DNA from: a candidate division FCPU426 bacterium
GTDB lineage: Bacteria > Oederibacteriota > PGYV01 > Palsa-1178
Reading direction: 5' to 3'
Assembly: GCA_963840035.1 (NCBI GenBank)
Contig: CAWIXE010000002.1
Coordinates: forward strand, 672,001 to 736,000
DNA: 64,000 nucleotides
Below are positions 20,957-29,169 of the stretch, one piece after another; within the stretch, counting starts at the first letter, position 1; every line of letters starts with the position of its first letter. The notes beneath the pieces are model-generated. The model was not told the DNA's origin. It did not search any database and saw only the letters and a list, made by a program, of their open reading frames with translations. A program made the position numbers and the translations under genes.

Positions 20957-22273
20957 CTATTCAATCAAAGTATACGCGCTTTCATGGTGCTGGGTTAAGT
21001 CAAGTCCTATGGCTTCTTCTTTGGCTTTTACCCTGACGCCCATTACCAGGTCGATTACTTTAAGCAGAACGAAAGTCATTACCAGCGTCCAGACTATTGT
21101 TATTCCGACCGCGATAGCCTGTATCAGAAGCTGTTTCGGGTTGCCGTAAAAGAGCCCGTTAAATCCTGCGGAGTTGACCGATACCGTGGCAAAGAGCCCT
21201 GTTGCCAGCGCGCCTACTATGCCGCCGATGCCGTGCACTCCAAAAGCGTCCAGGGAGTCGTCATATCCGAGTTTTGTCTTAACTATGGCTACCATGAAGT
21301 AGCAAACAAGGCTCACAAGTATGCCTATGGCAAGCGCGCCTGTTACATCCACGAAACCTGCGGCCGGCGTTATTGCGACCAATCCGGCTACGGCGCCTGT
21401 GATAGTACCGAGCATTGTCGGCTTACCATTGAGCATCCAGTCAAGTCCGGCCCAAGTTAAGGCTGCCATCGCGGCTGCTGTGTTCGTAACCACAAAGGCG
21501 TTTGCGGCAAGGCCGTTCGCTGCCAGGGCGCTTCCCGCGTTAAATCCGAACCATCCGAACCATAGCAGCCCTGCTCCAAGAACGGAAAGCGGAAGGTTGT
21601 GCGGCGTAGTAGGTTTTTCATAGCCAAGTCTCTTGCCGAGATAAAGCGCGGTGACAAGCGCAGCAACACCTGCGTTAATGTGCACTACAGTGCCTCCGGC
21701 AAAATCAAGGGCGCCCATGTTTCTTAAAAATCCTCCGATACCCCATACCCAGTGGCAGAGAGGGTCATATACAAATGTAGCCCACGCCAGGATGAATACC
21801 AAAAATGCGGAGAATTTCATCCTTTCCGCGAACGCGCCTATGATAAGCGCGGGCGTGATTATCGCGAACATGGCCTGAAATATCATGAAAGCCTGGTGCG
21901 GTATTGTAGCCGAGTAATCGGGGTTTGCTTCAAGCCCGACTCCTTTTAAGCCGAACCATTCAAAGCCTCCCCAGAACCCGGTGCCCGGGTGAAAAGAAAG
22001 GGAGTAACCGATCAATACCCACTGTACGGACAGGGCCGCAAGCGCGATCATTGCCTGCATTAAGACCGAAAGCATATTCTTTTTCCTTACCAAGCCTCCG
22101 TAGAAAAAAGCAAGTCCCGGAGTCATGAGCATTACAAGAGCCGCGGAAATCAGGACCCATGCCGTGTCTCCCGCGTTTATAACAGGGGCAGGAGCCGCGG
22201 CGGCCGCGGTCTCGGCGAACGCAAGGCCGGCTGCCGTAAGAGCGAGCATTACAATCATCAATAAGCGTTTCAT
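20957..22273 (-). CDS. amtB: ammonium transporter, copy 1
   Basis: PGLAFFYGG, DFAGGTVVH, WFGWFGFNAGS and DDSLDAFGVHG (twin His). Confidence 0.97.
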   Translation of the reverse strand: MKRLLMIVMLALTAAGLAFAETAAAAAPAPVINAGDTAWVLISAALVMLMTPGLAFFYGGLVRKKNMLSVLMQAMIALAALSVQWVLIGYSLSFHPGTGFWGGFEWFGLKGVGLEANPDYSATIPHQAFMIFQAMFAIITPALIIGAFAERMKFSAFLVFILAWATFVYDPLCHWVWGIGGFLRNMGALDFAGGTVVHINAGVAALVTALYLGKRLGYEKPTTPHNLPLSVLGAGLLWFGWFGFNAGSALAANGLAANAFVVTNTAAAMAALTWAGLDWMLNGKPTMLGTITGAVAGLVAITPAAGFVDVTGALAIGILVSLVCYFMVAIVKTKLGYDDSLDAFGVHGIGGIVGALATGLFATVSVNSAGFNGLFYGNPKQLLIQAIAVGITIVWTLVMTFVLLKVIDLVMGVRVKAKEEAIGLDLTQHHESAYTLIE

Positions 22274-22296
22274 GTTAATGTACCTCCTTTTTTTAT

Positions 22297-22998
22297 TTAA
22301 AGACTGAAGTTATATGTCAGGGATAAAGAACCCGTTACAGCGTTTTCGTACTGGTCATCCAGTGCAGCCTGGAAGAAGACTGAAGGGGATACAACAAATC
22401 CCGCTATGGTGTAGCTGCCTGCCAGGGTTACGCCGAGCACGGTAAAAGACGGCTCGTAGAGCCACTGTCCGTAATTGTAACCGGCGGTTAAAGCGCCTGA
22501 TAAACCAAAATCTCCGAATGTAAGCGAGTGCGATACTCCGCCTTCCAGATACCCGCCCTTGCCCTGAACAGCGTCATAATAGAATGTCAGGTAAGGCAGT
22601 GATGGAACTGAACTGCTGATCCCGGCGATAATTTCCACCGAGTTGTTGTAAGCGGGGGAAAGATAGGGGAACGTATATGCCGTATAACCCGCTTTTACCG
22701 AAAGAAAATCCGCGTAAGGCACCGCCTGCGTGTAAGTTACTGTATAGTCTGATTCGTTGTACTGCATGTCTCCGCCAAACGCGTGGTACGAACCCCAGTA
22801 ACCGAAACTAAACCCGCCTGCTGTAAGTGATAAACCCGGCTGAATGGCAAAGCCATCGGATAAAACCTGGCCGCGCCATAAATACTTCGTTACTCCTGCC
22901 GTATAAACGCTGCCGCTTAAAGCTGCCGCGCTTAAAGCTGAAAAACCAGACATTGCCATTACTGCCGTCAGAACTACTGCGAGAACTTTCCTTTTCAT
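22297..22998 (-). CDS. TorF-like putative outer-membrane porin
   Basis: Signal peptide, YLWRG...AIQPG and E-x-DY motifs, beta-strand pattern; GGAGG RBS before ATG 22998; upstream of amtB-glnK. Confidence 0.75.
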   Translation of the reverse strand: MKRKVLAVVLTAVMAMSGFSALSAAALSGSVYTAGVTKYLWRGQVLSDGFAIQPGLSLTAGGFSFGYWGSYHAFGGDMQYNESDYTVTYTQAVPYADFLSVKAGYTAYTFPYLSPAYNNSVEIIAGISSSVPSLPYLTFYYDAVQGKGGYLEGGVSHSLTFGDFGLSGALTAGYNYGQWLYEPSFTVLGVTLAGSYTIAGFVVSPSVFFQAALDDQYENAVTGSLSLTYNFSL

Positions 22999-23021
22999 GG
23001 TAAAACCTCCTGTAGGCGTTG

Positions 23022-23078
23022 TCAGTAAGCCGCGAGATAGTCTTTCATGAATGCCAGGAGCCTGAGTATTGTTTCCAT
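23022..23078 (-). CDS. putative 18-aa leader peptide/small protein METILRLLAFMKDYLAAY
   Basis: Strong GGAGGTGG RBS just upstream of the ATG; first ORF after the sigma-54 promoter. Confidence 0.5.
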   Translation of the reverse strand: METILRLLAFMKDYLAAY

Positions 23079-23121
23079 TTGGACCACCTCCGCTTACTGT
23101 ATTTGAGTCATACACATATAT

Positions 23122-23138
23122 AAGCACGACCCGTGCCA
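23122..23138 (-). promoter_or_regulatory. sigma-54 promoter of the porin-amtB-glnK operon
   Basis: TGGCACGGGTCGTGCTT, i.e. GG-N10-GC. Confidence 0.78.
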
Positions 23139-23192
23139 CAAATCAAAAATAGCTTAAAATGGTGGTTATATTATAGTCACGTCAAGAATCAA

Positions 23193-23239
23193 TGGTCAAA
23201 AAACATACAATATAACAATTAGTGGTTAAATATCATGCA
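23193..23239. promoter_or_regulatory. putative paired enhancer (UAS) boxes
   Basis: TGGTCAAAAAACATACA and TGGTTAAATATCATGCA; the same pair recurs upstream of glnA. Confidence 0.65.
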
Positions 23240-23421
23240 ACAATAGGCGGGTTTATTCAAAGCGTGAGTAAAGATGTGATATATAAATATAGGTGATATT
23301 AGTCTATTTATAGTGGAAGCAGGATGCGACTAAAACATTTGTAATAGTGTATTATATTTACAGGCAGATTAATAAGTGTATTGGATGCCAGGATTAATCA
23401 ATTAGTATAAAGGAGGGGAAA

Positions 23422-23589
23422 ATGAGCACTTCAAATTACGCAGCAGGAGGAATAGGGTTAGGAAGTTTAATTGCGGTACTGTTGATATGGCAGGTCCATC
23501 ATTCCATATTGTGGTGTATTTTAGGCGCGTTTTTAAGCTGGTTTTATGTGATTTTTTACGTTTTAAGGTATTATCTGCACCTTTTTTAA
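23422..23589 (+). CDS. 55-aa small membrane protein (absent from the ORF track)
   Basis: AGGAGGGG RBS; MSTSNYAAGGIGLGSLIAVLLIWQVHHSILWCILGAFLSWFYVIFYVLRYYLHLF, two hydrophobic helices. Confidence 0.7.
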   Translation: MSTSNYAAGGIGLGSLIAVLLIWQVHHSILWCILGAFLSWFYVIFYVLRYYLHLF

Positions 23590-23614
23590 AATCTGAAACT
23601 TTTTTGGAGGTTTT

Positions 23615-24388
23615 ATGCGTAAATTTTTATTTCTGACAGTTCTGGCTGTATTTTTATCCGTACCCGCTTTTGCCGCTTTACAAATCAGCGTAAGCGGAGG
23701 GTATTCCTATTCAAATCTTGATAATCTGAAGAGTTATTGGGAAAAAGCCAAAGTGGATGCTGAGGCGTACACGACAACGTCTAACGCAGACTGGAAAGGT
23801 TACAGCAACGGAGTGTTTGGCAATCTTGATGTAAATATTAATATTGACAAATCAATACTGGTTGGGGCGAGAACAGGTATTCAGTACATATTTCCATCCA
23901 CTTACTCAGGGTTTCGCGTTATTAATATACCGCCGCTTACATGGGTATATACAGAAACATCCATAGAGAATTATCTTATTCCGGTTATGGCGGGCGTAAA
24001 TCTGTACATGCCGATGGGAACTGATTCGGCCATAGCAATTAACGCGGCCGCATACGCGGGTTGGGGGCTTGCTTATTGCGCCCAGAAGACAAAGTATAAC
24101 AACTCTGAGGCGCTGCTCGCCCTTTATGGCGGCAATGGGTTTGTGGCGGATTTGACAGCGTCGGTTGAAGTAAAAATACTGGCTTTTCTAAGCGCAAGCT
24201 TAAACGGCGGGTACAGATTCGCGAAAATGACGGATTTTAAGAATGTAAAAAGCGTCAGCGCGAATGTCCCGGGTTACGGTATGTATAACATACCCACAAA
24301 TGATCCGTTTAACGACGGAAACGGCAAACCGGTTGATGTTGATTTCTCCGGAATAAATATCGGAGCGGGTTTGAATTTAAGGTTTTAA
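23615..24388 (+). CDS. outer-membrane beta-barrel protein
   Basis: Signal peptide, alternating beta-strands, C-terminal DFSG...LRF. Confidence 0.75.
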   Translation: MRKFLFLTVLAVFLSVPAFAALQISVSGGYSYSNLDNLKSYWEKAKVDAEAYTTTSNADWKGYSNGVFGNLDVNINIDKSILVGARTGIQYIFPSTYSGFRVINIPPLTWVYTETSIENYLIPVMAGVNLYMPMGTDSAIAINAAAYAGWGLAYCAQKTKYNNSEALLALYGGNGFVADLTASVEVKILAFLSASLNGGYRFAKMTDFKNVKSVSANVPGYGMYNIPTNDPFNDGNGKPVDVDFSGINIGAGLNLRF

Positions 24389-24407
24389 CAAATAGCATAA
24401 GAAATAT

Positions 24408-24465
24408 AAATGGCAGGCATTGTATTAAGCGCCGATGCGCTTTTTAATGCCTGCCATTTTGTTTT
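24408..24465. terminator. hairpin terminator between convergent genes
   Basis: AAATGGCAGGCATT ... AATGCCTGCCATTT followed by T-rich sequence. Confidence 0.65.
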
Positions 24466-24499
24466 ATTGGATTTAATCAAATTCTAACTGAGGATATTA

Positions 24500-24841
24500 T
24501 CAGCCTATGGCTACATGGCCTTTTTCACCGGTCCTTATCCTTGTGCATGACTCAAGCGGCAGCACGAAGATCTTGCCGTCGCCGGTTTCGCCCGTATGTG
24601 CGCCTTTCATTATGGCTGCGATTGTGGCGTCCAGGAAGTTGTCGTTTACGGCAATTTCAAGGCGTATCTTGCGCAGCAGGTTTCCGGTCTCTTTTACGCC
24701 CCTGTAAACTTCTGTAATGCCTTTCTGTCTGCCGTGGCCCAATACTTCGTTTACTGTTATGAGGTTAACATCGGCTTTGTAAAGTTCCTGTTTAACGTCC
24801 TCCAGCATGTGCGGCTGGATAATGGCGATTACGAGTTTCAT
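24500..24841 (-). CDS. glnK: PII nitrogen regulator, copy 2
   Basis: Near-identical to copy 1; real start MKLVIA at 24841 after AAGGAGG. Confidence 0.95.
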   Translation of the reverse strand: MKLVIAIIQPHMLEDVKQELYKADVNLITVNEVLGHGRQKGITEVYRGVKETGNLLRKIRLEIAVNDNFLDATIAAIMKGAHTGETGDGKIFVLPLESCTRIRTGEKGHVAIG

Positions 24842-24877
24842 AAGAGCCTCCTTAGAGTTTATGTGTGGTGCTTTGGA

Positions 24878-24945
24878 TAGTGGTGCGTGGTAAGTGGTAT
24901 GTGCCACGTACTGCACACCACACGTACCACGCATCACGTACCACT
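24878..24945. repeat. heptamer-periodic inverted repeat (GTGGTAC/GTACCAC type)
   Basis: AGTGGTGCGTGGTAAGTGGTA ... ACCACACGTACCACGCATCACGTACCACT. Confidence 0.65.
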
Positions 24946-26238
24946 TTAATCTATCAGCGTATAAGCCCTTTCATTATGTTCGCTGACATCAAGCCCCAGC
25001 ACTTCTTTTCTATCCTCAACCCTGACGCCGATTGTTATTGAAACGAGTTTGTATATTATAAACGTGGCGGCGACTGTGTATGCGACAGAGGCAAAAGCCC
25101 CCAGGGACTGTATCATGAACTGCTTCGCGTTTCCGAAGAATAGGCCGTCAGCGCCGGCGGGGTTGATCAGTTTTGATGCAAACAGTCCTGTCATAAGCGT
25201 GCCTAAAAGCCCGCCTATGCCATGGACGCCGAACGCGTCGAGGGTATCGTCGTAATTTATTTTAGGTTTCAATATGCTCACAGCCAGATAACATACGATA
25301 GAAGTTGTTATGCCTATTATAACGGCCGGAAGAGGGCCGATAAATCCTGAGGCTGGTGTTACTGTCGCAAGGCCGGCAATAGCGCCTGTGGCTGTTCCGA
25401 GCATTGTGGGTTTTCCCATTGTGATCCATTCAATGCATGCCCAGGTGAGCGCGGCTGCGGCAGCTGCCGTATTTGTGGATAGAAAGGCGCTGATGGCAAC
25501 GTTGTTTGCGGAAAATGCGCTTCCGGCGTTAAAGCCGAACCATCCAAACCATAATAATCCGGCGCCAAGCACGGTAAAAGGGAGGTTGTGTGGAGTGGGT
25601 ACTGCAGTATGGTTCCTGCGTTTCCCAATGACAAGGGCCGTTACCAGCGCGGCGAAACCGGCGCTGATATGCACTACAATACCGCCCGCGAAATCCAATA
25701 CTCCCATGGTCTGAAGCCAGCCGCCGCCCCATACCCAGTGGCACAGCGGATTATAGACAAGCGTTGCCCACAGCAGCGAAAAGAGTATATATGCGGAGAA
25801 TTTCATCCTCTCCGCAAAGGCGCCTATGATGAGGGCGGGAGTAATAACCGCGAACATCATCTGGTATATCATGAAAAGTTGATGGGGAATGTTCGGGGCA
25901 AAAGGAGCCGGTTCCATGCCGACATTGGCCATGCCGAGGTATTTAAAACCGCCGATAAAGCCGTTTCCCGGCGCAAATGAAAGGGAATACCCGAACAGAA
26001 TCCACTGAATGCTTATCAATGCCATGGCAATAAAGCACTGCATAAGTATTCCGAGGATGTTTTTCTTCCTGACAAGGCCGCCATAAAAAAAGGCGAGTCC
26101 CGGTGTCATGAGAAGTACAAGCGCCGAAGAAACAAGCATCCATGCGATGTCACCCTTGTCGTAAACAGGAGCGTCGCCGGCCAGCGCAAATGAAGATAAT
26201 GCAAAAACGGAAAAAATAAGGTAAAAAATTCGTTTCAT
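24946..26238 (-). CDS. amtB: ammonium transporter, copy 2
   Basis: Same Amt signatures (DFAGGIVVH, DDTLDAFGVHG); start MKRIF after GGAGG. Confidence 0.96.
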   Translation of the reverse strand: MKRIFYLIFSVFALSSFALAGDAPVYDKGDIAWMLVSSALVLLMTPGLAFFYGGLVRKKNILGILMQCFIAMALISIQWILFGYSLSFAPGNGFIGGFKYLGMANVGMEPAPFAPNIPHQLFMIYQMMFAVITPALIIGAFAERMKFSAYILFSLLWATLVYNPLCHWVWGGGWLQTMGVLDFAGGIVVHISAGFAALVTALVIGKRRNHTAVPTPHNLPFTVLGAGLLWFGWFGFNAGSAFSANNVAISAFLSTNTAAAAAALTWACIEWITMGKPTMLGTATGAIAGLATVTPASGFIGPLPAVIIGITTSIVCYLAVSILKPKINYDDTLDAFGVHGIGGLLGTLMTGLFASKLINPAGADGLFFGNAKQFMIQSLGAFASVAYTVAATFIIYKLVSITIGVRVEDRKEVLGLDVSEHNERAYTLID

Positions 26239-26321
26239 TGATGTTCCTCCCCGTGTATTATCCCTTCTACGAATAATCAACGCGGAACCTCAAATGTCCT
26301 TCTCTCCAACGCAAAATTAGT

Positions 26322-26414
26322 GGGCCCGCCGCGTCGGCGCGGCGGGCCCGGTGTCAGCGTCGAAGTAGAAGGGATTTTTAGATGGCGCTAAAGCGCCATC
26401 TAAAAATCCCTTCT
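26322..26414. repeat. two strong palindromes
   Basis: GGGCCCGCCGCG-TCGG-CGCGGCGGGCCC and AGAAGGGATTTTTAGATGGCGCT-AA-AGCGCCATCTAAAAATCCCTTCT. Confidence 0.75.
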
Positions 26415-26704
26415 TGCTTTTGTAGGGGCCGCCCTATGTGGCGGCCCGCTGGCAGTAAGAACTTGTCCTTCGTTTTGGGCGATTCGTGAATCGCCCCTAC
26501 AAAACCAAACGGGACCAAAAGAAACCTCTAAAAATCCCTTCTTGCTTTTGTAGGGGCCGCCCTATGTGGCGGCCCGCTGGTAGTAAGAACTTGTCCTTCG
26601 TTTTGGGCGATTCGTGAATCGCCCCTACAAAACCAAACGGGACCAAAAGAAACCTCTAAAAATCCCTTCTTGCTTTTGTAGGGGCCGCCCTATGTGGCGG
26701 CCCG
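26399..26704. repeat. 128-bp tandem repeat (about 2.4 copies) of paired GTAG-type REPs (BIME/REPIN-like)
   Basis: Units in register at 26401, 26529 and 26657; each full unit has GTAGGGGCCGCCC...GGCGGCCC and GGGCGATTCGTGAATCGCCCCTAC. Confidence 0.9.
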
Positions 26705-26752
26705 ATGCTGATGATTTGTTTATGGTTTAAAAGAACAGTTCTAAAGATTTAT

Positions 26753-26782
26753 ACCCGGGGCGTGTTCATCACGCCCCGGGTA
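26753..26782 (-). terminator. hairpin after glnA
   Basis: TACCCGGGGCGTG-TTCAT-CACGCCCCGGGTA. Confidence 0.6.
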
Positions 26783-26798
26783 AGTTTTGATTTGTTAT

Positions 26799-28910
26799 TT
26801 AAAGCTTAAAAAGCATATCCGCGTAAGTCGGAACGGGCCATGCTGACGCCGGCATAATCTTCTCAGCCGCATCAACGTCTTTCCTTATGTCTTTAAGAGC
26901 CACAAAAACTGAATCCCTGTACATCTCGGCTTTCTTGACTGTTTCGCTGGTGTCCTGAGCCTTAACAGTGGCTTCCTCAAGCTTTGCTGTCTTTGATACT
27001 ATTGACTCAAGAAGCGTAGTGACGCTTTTCAGAAGAGCGGTCTGCGATGATGTTGAAACGCCGGTATCCTTAACAGCGCCTATTGTCTTGGCTAATTTGC
27101 CGGTAAAACCAATGACAGCCGGGATATAGAGCGTGTTGAGCATCTTTAAGGCTGTCATTGCCTCAATGTTGATGCATTTTGCGTACTGTTCTATATAGAT
27201 CTCGTACCTTGAGTGCAGTTCTTCGTTTGAGAGCACATTGTATTTTGCGAAAATATCCTTTGCTTTCTGTGTAGTGAATGCCTTATGGGCGTCCACTGTG
27301 TTCTTTACGTTCGGCAGTCCGCGTTTTTCGGCTTCTTTTACCCATTCTTCCGAGTAGTTGTTGCCGTTGAATATTATCCTGCCGTGGTCTTTCAGGGTCT
27401 CTTTTAAGATTGTCTTAATCTCGCTGTTTACATCTTTTGATTTTTCAAGCCTGGTTGCGAATTCATCAAGCGTCTCAGCCACTACCGTGTTAAGTATGAT
27501 GTTGGGGCTGGCTACTGAAGCTGAGGAACCGACCATCCTGAATTCGAACTTGTTTCCTGTAAAGGCGAAAGGAGATGTCCTGTTTCTGTCTGAGTTGTCG
27601 ACAGGGAACTGCGGGAGCGTATCCACGCCGATTTCGATAGGAGCGTTCTTATAGCCGTCAATCTTCCTGCCTTCCGCGACGGCCTTTATGGTTTCTGTAA
27701 TCTGATCTCCAAGGAACATGGAGATAATTGCCGGCGGGGCTTCGTTTGCGCCGAGCCTGTGGTCGTTACCCGGTGTTGCCGCGGCGCCTCTTAGCATATC
27801 AGCGTGTTTATCGACTGATTTGATAAGGGCTGAGAGAAATATAATGAACTGAGCGTTGTCGTGCGGATTGTCGCCCGGTTCCAGCAGGTTCATACCGTCA
27901 TCAGTGGAAAGCGACCAATTATTGTGTTTTCCTGAGCCGTTTACTCCCGCATATGGCTTTTCGTGGAGCAGGCATACAAGTCCGTGCCTTAAAGCCACTT
28001 TCTGCATGGTTTCCATGGCGAGCTGGTTATGGTCTACCGCAAGGTTCAGCGTCGCGTATACAGGCGCCATTTCAAACTGCGCCGGGGCAACTTCGTTATG
28101 CCTTGTCTTGGAGGAAATTCCCATCTTCCAGAGCTCGAGGTCTAGGTCTGTCATGAATGTTGAAACTTTATCCTTGAGCGCGCCAAAGTACTGGTCCTCA
28201 AGTTCCTGGCCTTTAGGCGACGGCGCGCCAAAAAGGGTGCGGCCCGTTAACATCAGGTCAAGTCTCTGCAGGAAGTATGTTTTATCTATCAGAAAGTATT
28301 CCTGCTCAGGCCCGAGAGTTGCAATAACCCTTTTTGTGTTTTTGTTTCCCATGGCCCGTAATACCCTTAAAGCCTGTTTTGATACGGCTTCAATTGAGCG
28401 AAGAACAGGAATCTTTTTATCAAGCGCTTCGCCTGTATATGAGTAGAAAGCCGTAGGTATGCAAAGTGTTACATCGCCATCTGAATCTTCCTTTAAGAAT
28501 GCCGGTGATGTGGGGTCCCATGCCGTATATCCGCGCGCTTCAAATGTGGCGCGTAATCCGCCGGAGGGGAATGAGGAAGCGTCAGGTTCGCCTTTAATTA
28601 GCTGGTTGCCTGAGAATTCCATTATGACGCTGCCGTCATCAGTGGGTGATATGAATGAGTCGTGTTTTTCAGCCGTTGTGTTTGTCAAAGGCTGAAACCA
28701 GTGGGTGTAATGCGACGCGCCGCGGGAAATGGCCCAGTCCTTCATGGCGTTCGCGATTACATTCGCGATTTCTTTTGTCAGGGGTTTGCCAGCTTCGATT
28801 GATTTTTTAAATTCCCTGAAAATGGTCTTTGGCAGGACTTCTTTCATTAACTTGTCATTAAAAACATTTGAACCAAATACTTCCGCAACATTTAACAACT
28901 TTTTTTCCAT
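26799..28910 (-). CDS. glnA: glutamine synthetase type III
   Basis: 703 aa; [45 protein letters not shown] and [18 protein letters not shown] motifs. Confidence 0.96.
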   Translation of the reverse strand: MEKKLLNVAEVFGSNVFNDKLMKEVLPKTIFREFKKSIEAGKPLTKEIANVIANAMKDWAISRGASHYTHWFQPLTNTTAEKHDSFISPTDDGSVIMEFSGNQLIKGEPDASSFPSGGLRATFEARGYTAWDPTSPAFLKEDSDGDVTLCIPTAFYSYTGEALDKKIPVLRSIEAVSKQALRVLRAMGNKNTKRVIATLGPEQEYFLIDKTYFLQRLDLMLTGRTLFGAPSPKGQELEDQYFGALKDKVSTFMTDLDLELWKMGISSKTRHNEVAPAQFEMAPVYATLNLAVDHNQLAMETMQKVALRHGLVCLLHEKPYAGVNGSGKHNNWSLSTDDGMNLLEPGDNPHDNAQFIIFLSALIKSVDKHADMLRGAAATPGNDHRLGANEAPPAIISMFLGDQITETIKAVAEGRKIDGYKNAPIEIGVDTLPQFPVDNSDRNRTSPFAFTGNKFEFRMVGSSASVASPNIILNTVVAETLDEFATRLEKSKDVNSEIKTILKETLKDHGRIIFNGNNYSEEWVKEAEKRGLPNVKNTVDAHKAFTTQKAKDIFAKYNVLSNEELHSRYEIYIEQYAKCINIEAMTALKMLNTLYIPAVIGFTGKLAKTIGAVKDTGVSTSSQTALLKSVTTLLESIVSKTAKLEEATVKAQDTSETVKKAEMYRDSVFVALKDIRKDVDAAEKIMPASAWPVPTYADMLFKL

Positions 28911-28955
28911 GTTATATCTCCTTCGCCGACGATTTTAATACCTTTGGTATCATAT

Positions 28956-28972
28956 AAGCAATATGCGTGCCG
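28956..28972 (-). promoter_or_regulatory. sigma-54 promoter of glnA
   Basis: CGGCACGCATATTGCTT, near-perfect -24/-12 consensus. Confidence 0.85.
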
Positions 28973-29021
28973 TTTAAATTGATAATAATATAAGGGGTTT
29001 ATCAGCTTGTCACAAATTATT

Positions 29022-29141
29022 TGGTCAAGAATCATACAATAATTTCTCTTGAGTGGTTAAATATTAACCAAAAATTCTGATATTATGCTTGATTTATAAG
29101 GCGGGATATAGTAAATTGACCATGTGATTAGGTATTAACCA
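29022..29141. promoter_or_regulatory. putative enhancer/operator boxes of the divergent sigma-54 activator
   Basis: TGGTCAAGAATCATACA (29022), palindromic TGGTTAAATATTAACCA (29054), TGATTAGGTATTAACCA (29125). Confidence 0.7.
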
Positions 29142-29169
29142 TTAAATGAGCAATAAAGGGAGTTTTCCT

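Noticed and set aside
24842..24937. N-terminal extensions of glnK2 (and of hydF, the GT4 gene, the porin and padR) shown in the ORF track
   Set aside because: They translate intergenic repeats or promoters; better SD-linked starts lie downstream
26399..26704. CRISPR array
   Set aside because: The whole 128-bp unit repeats with no unique spacers, the palindromes are REP-like, and no cas genes are present
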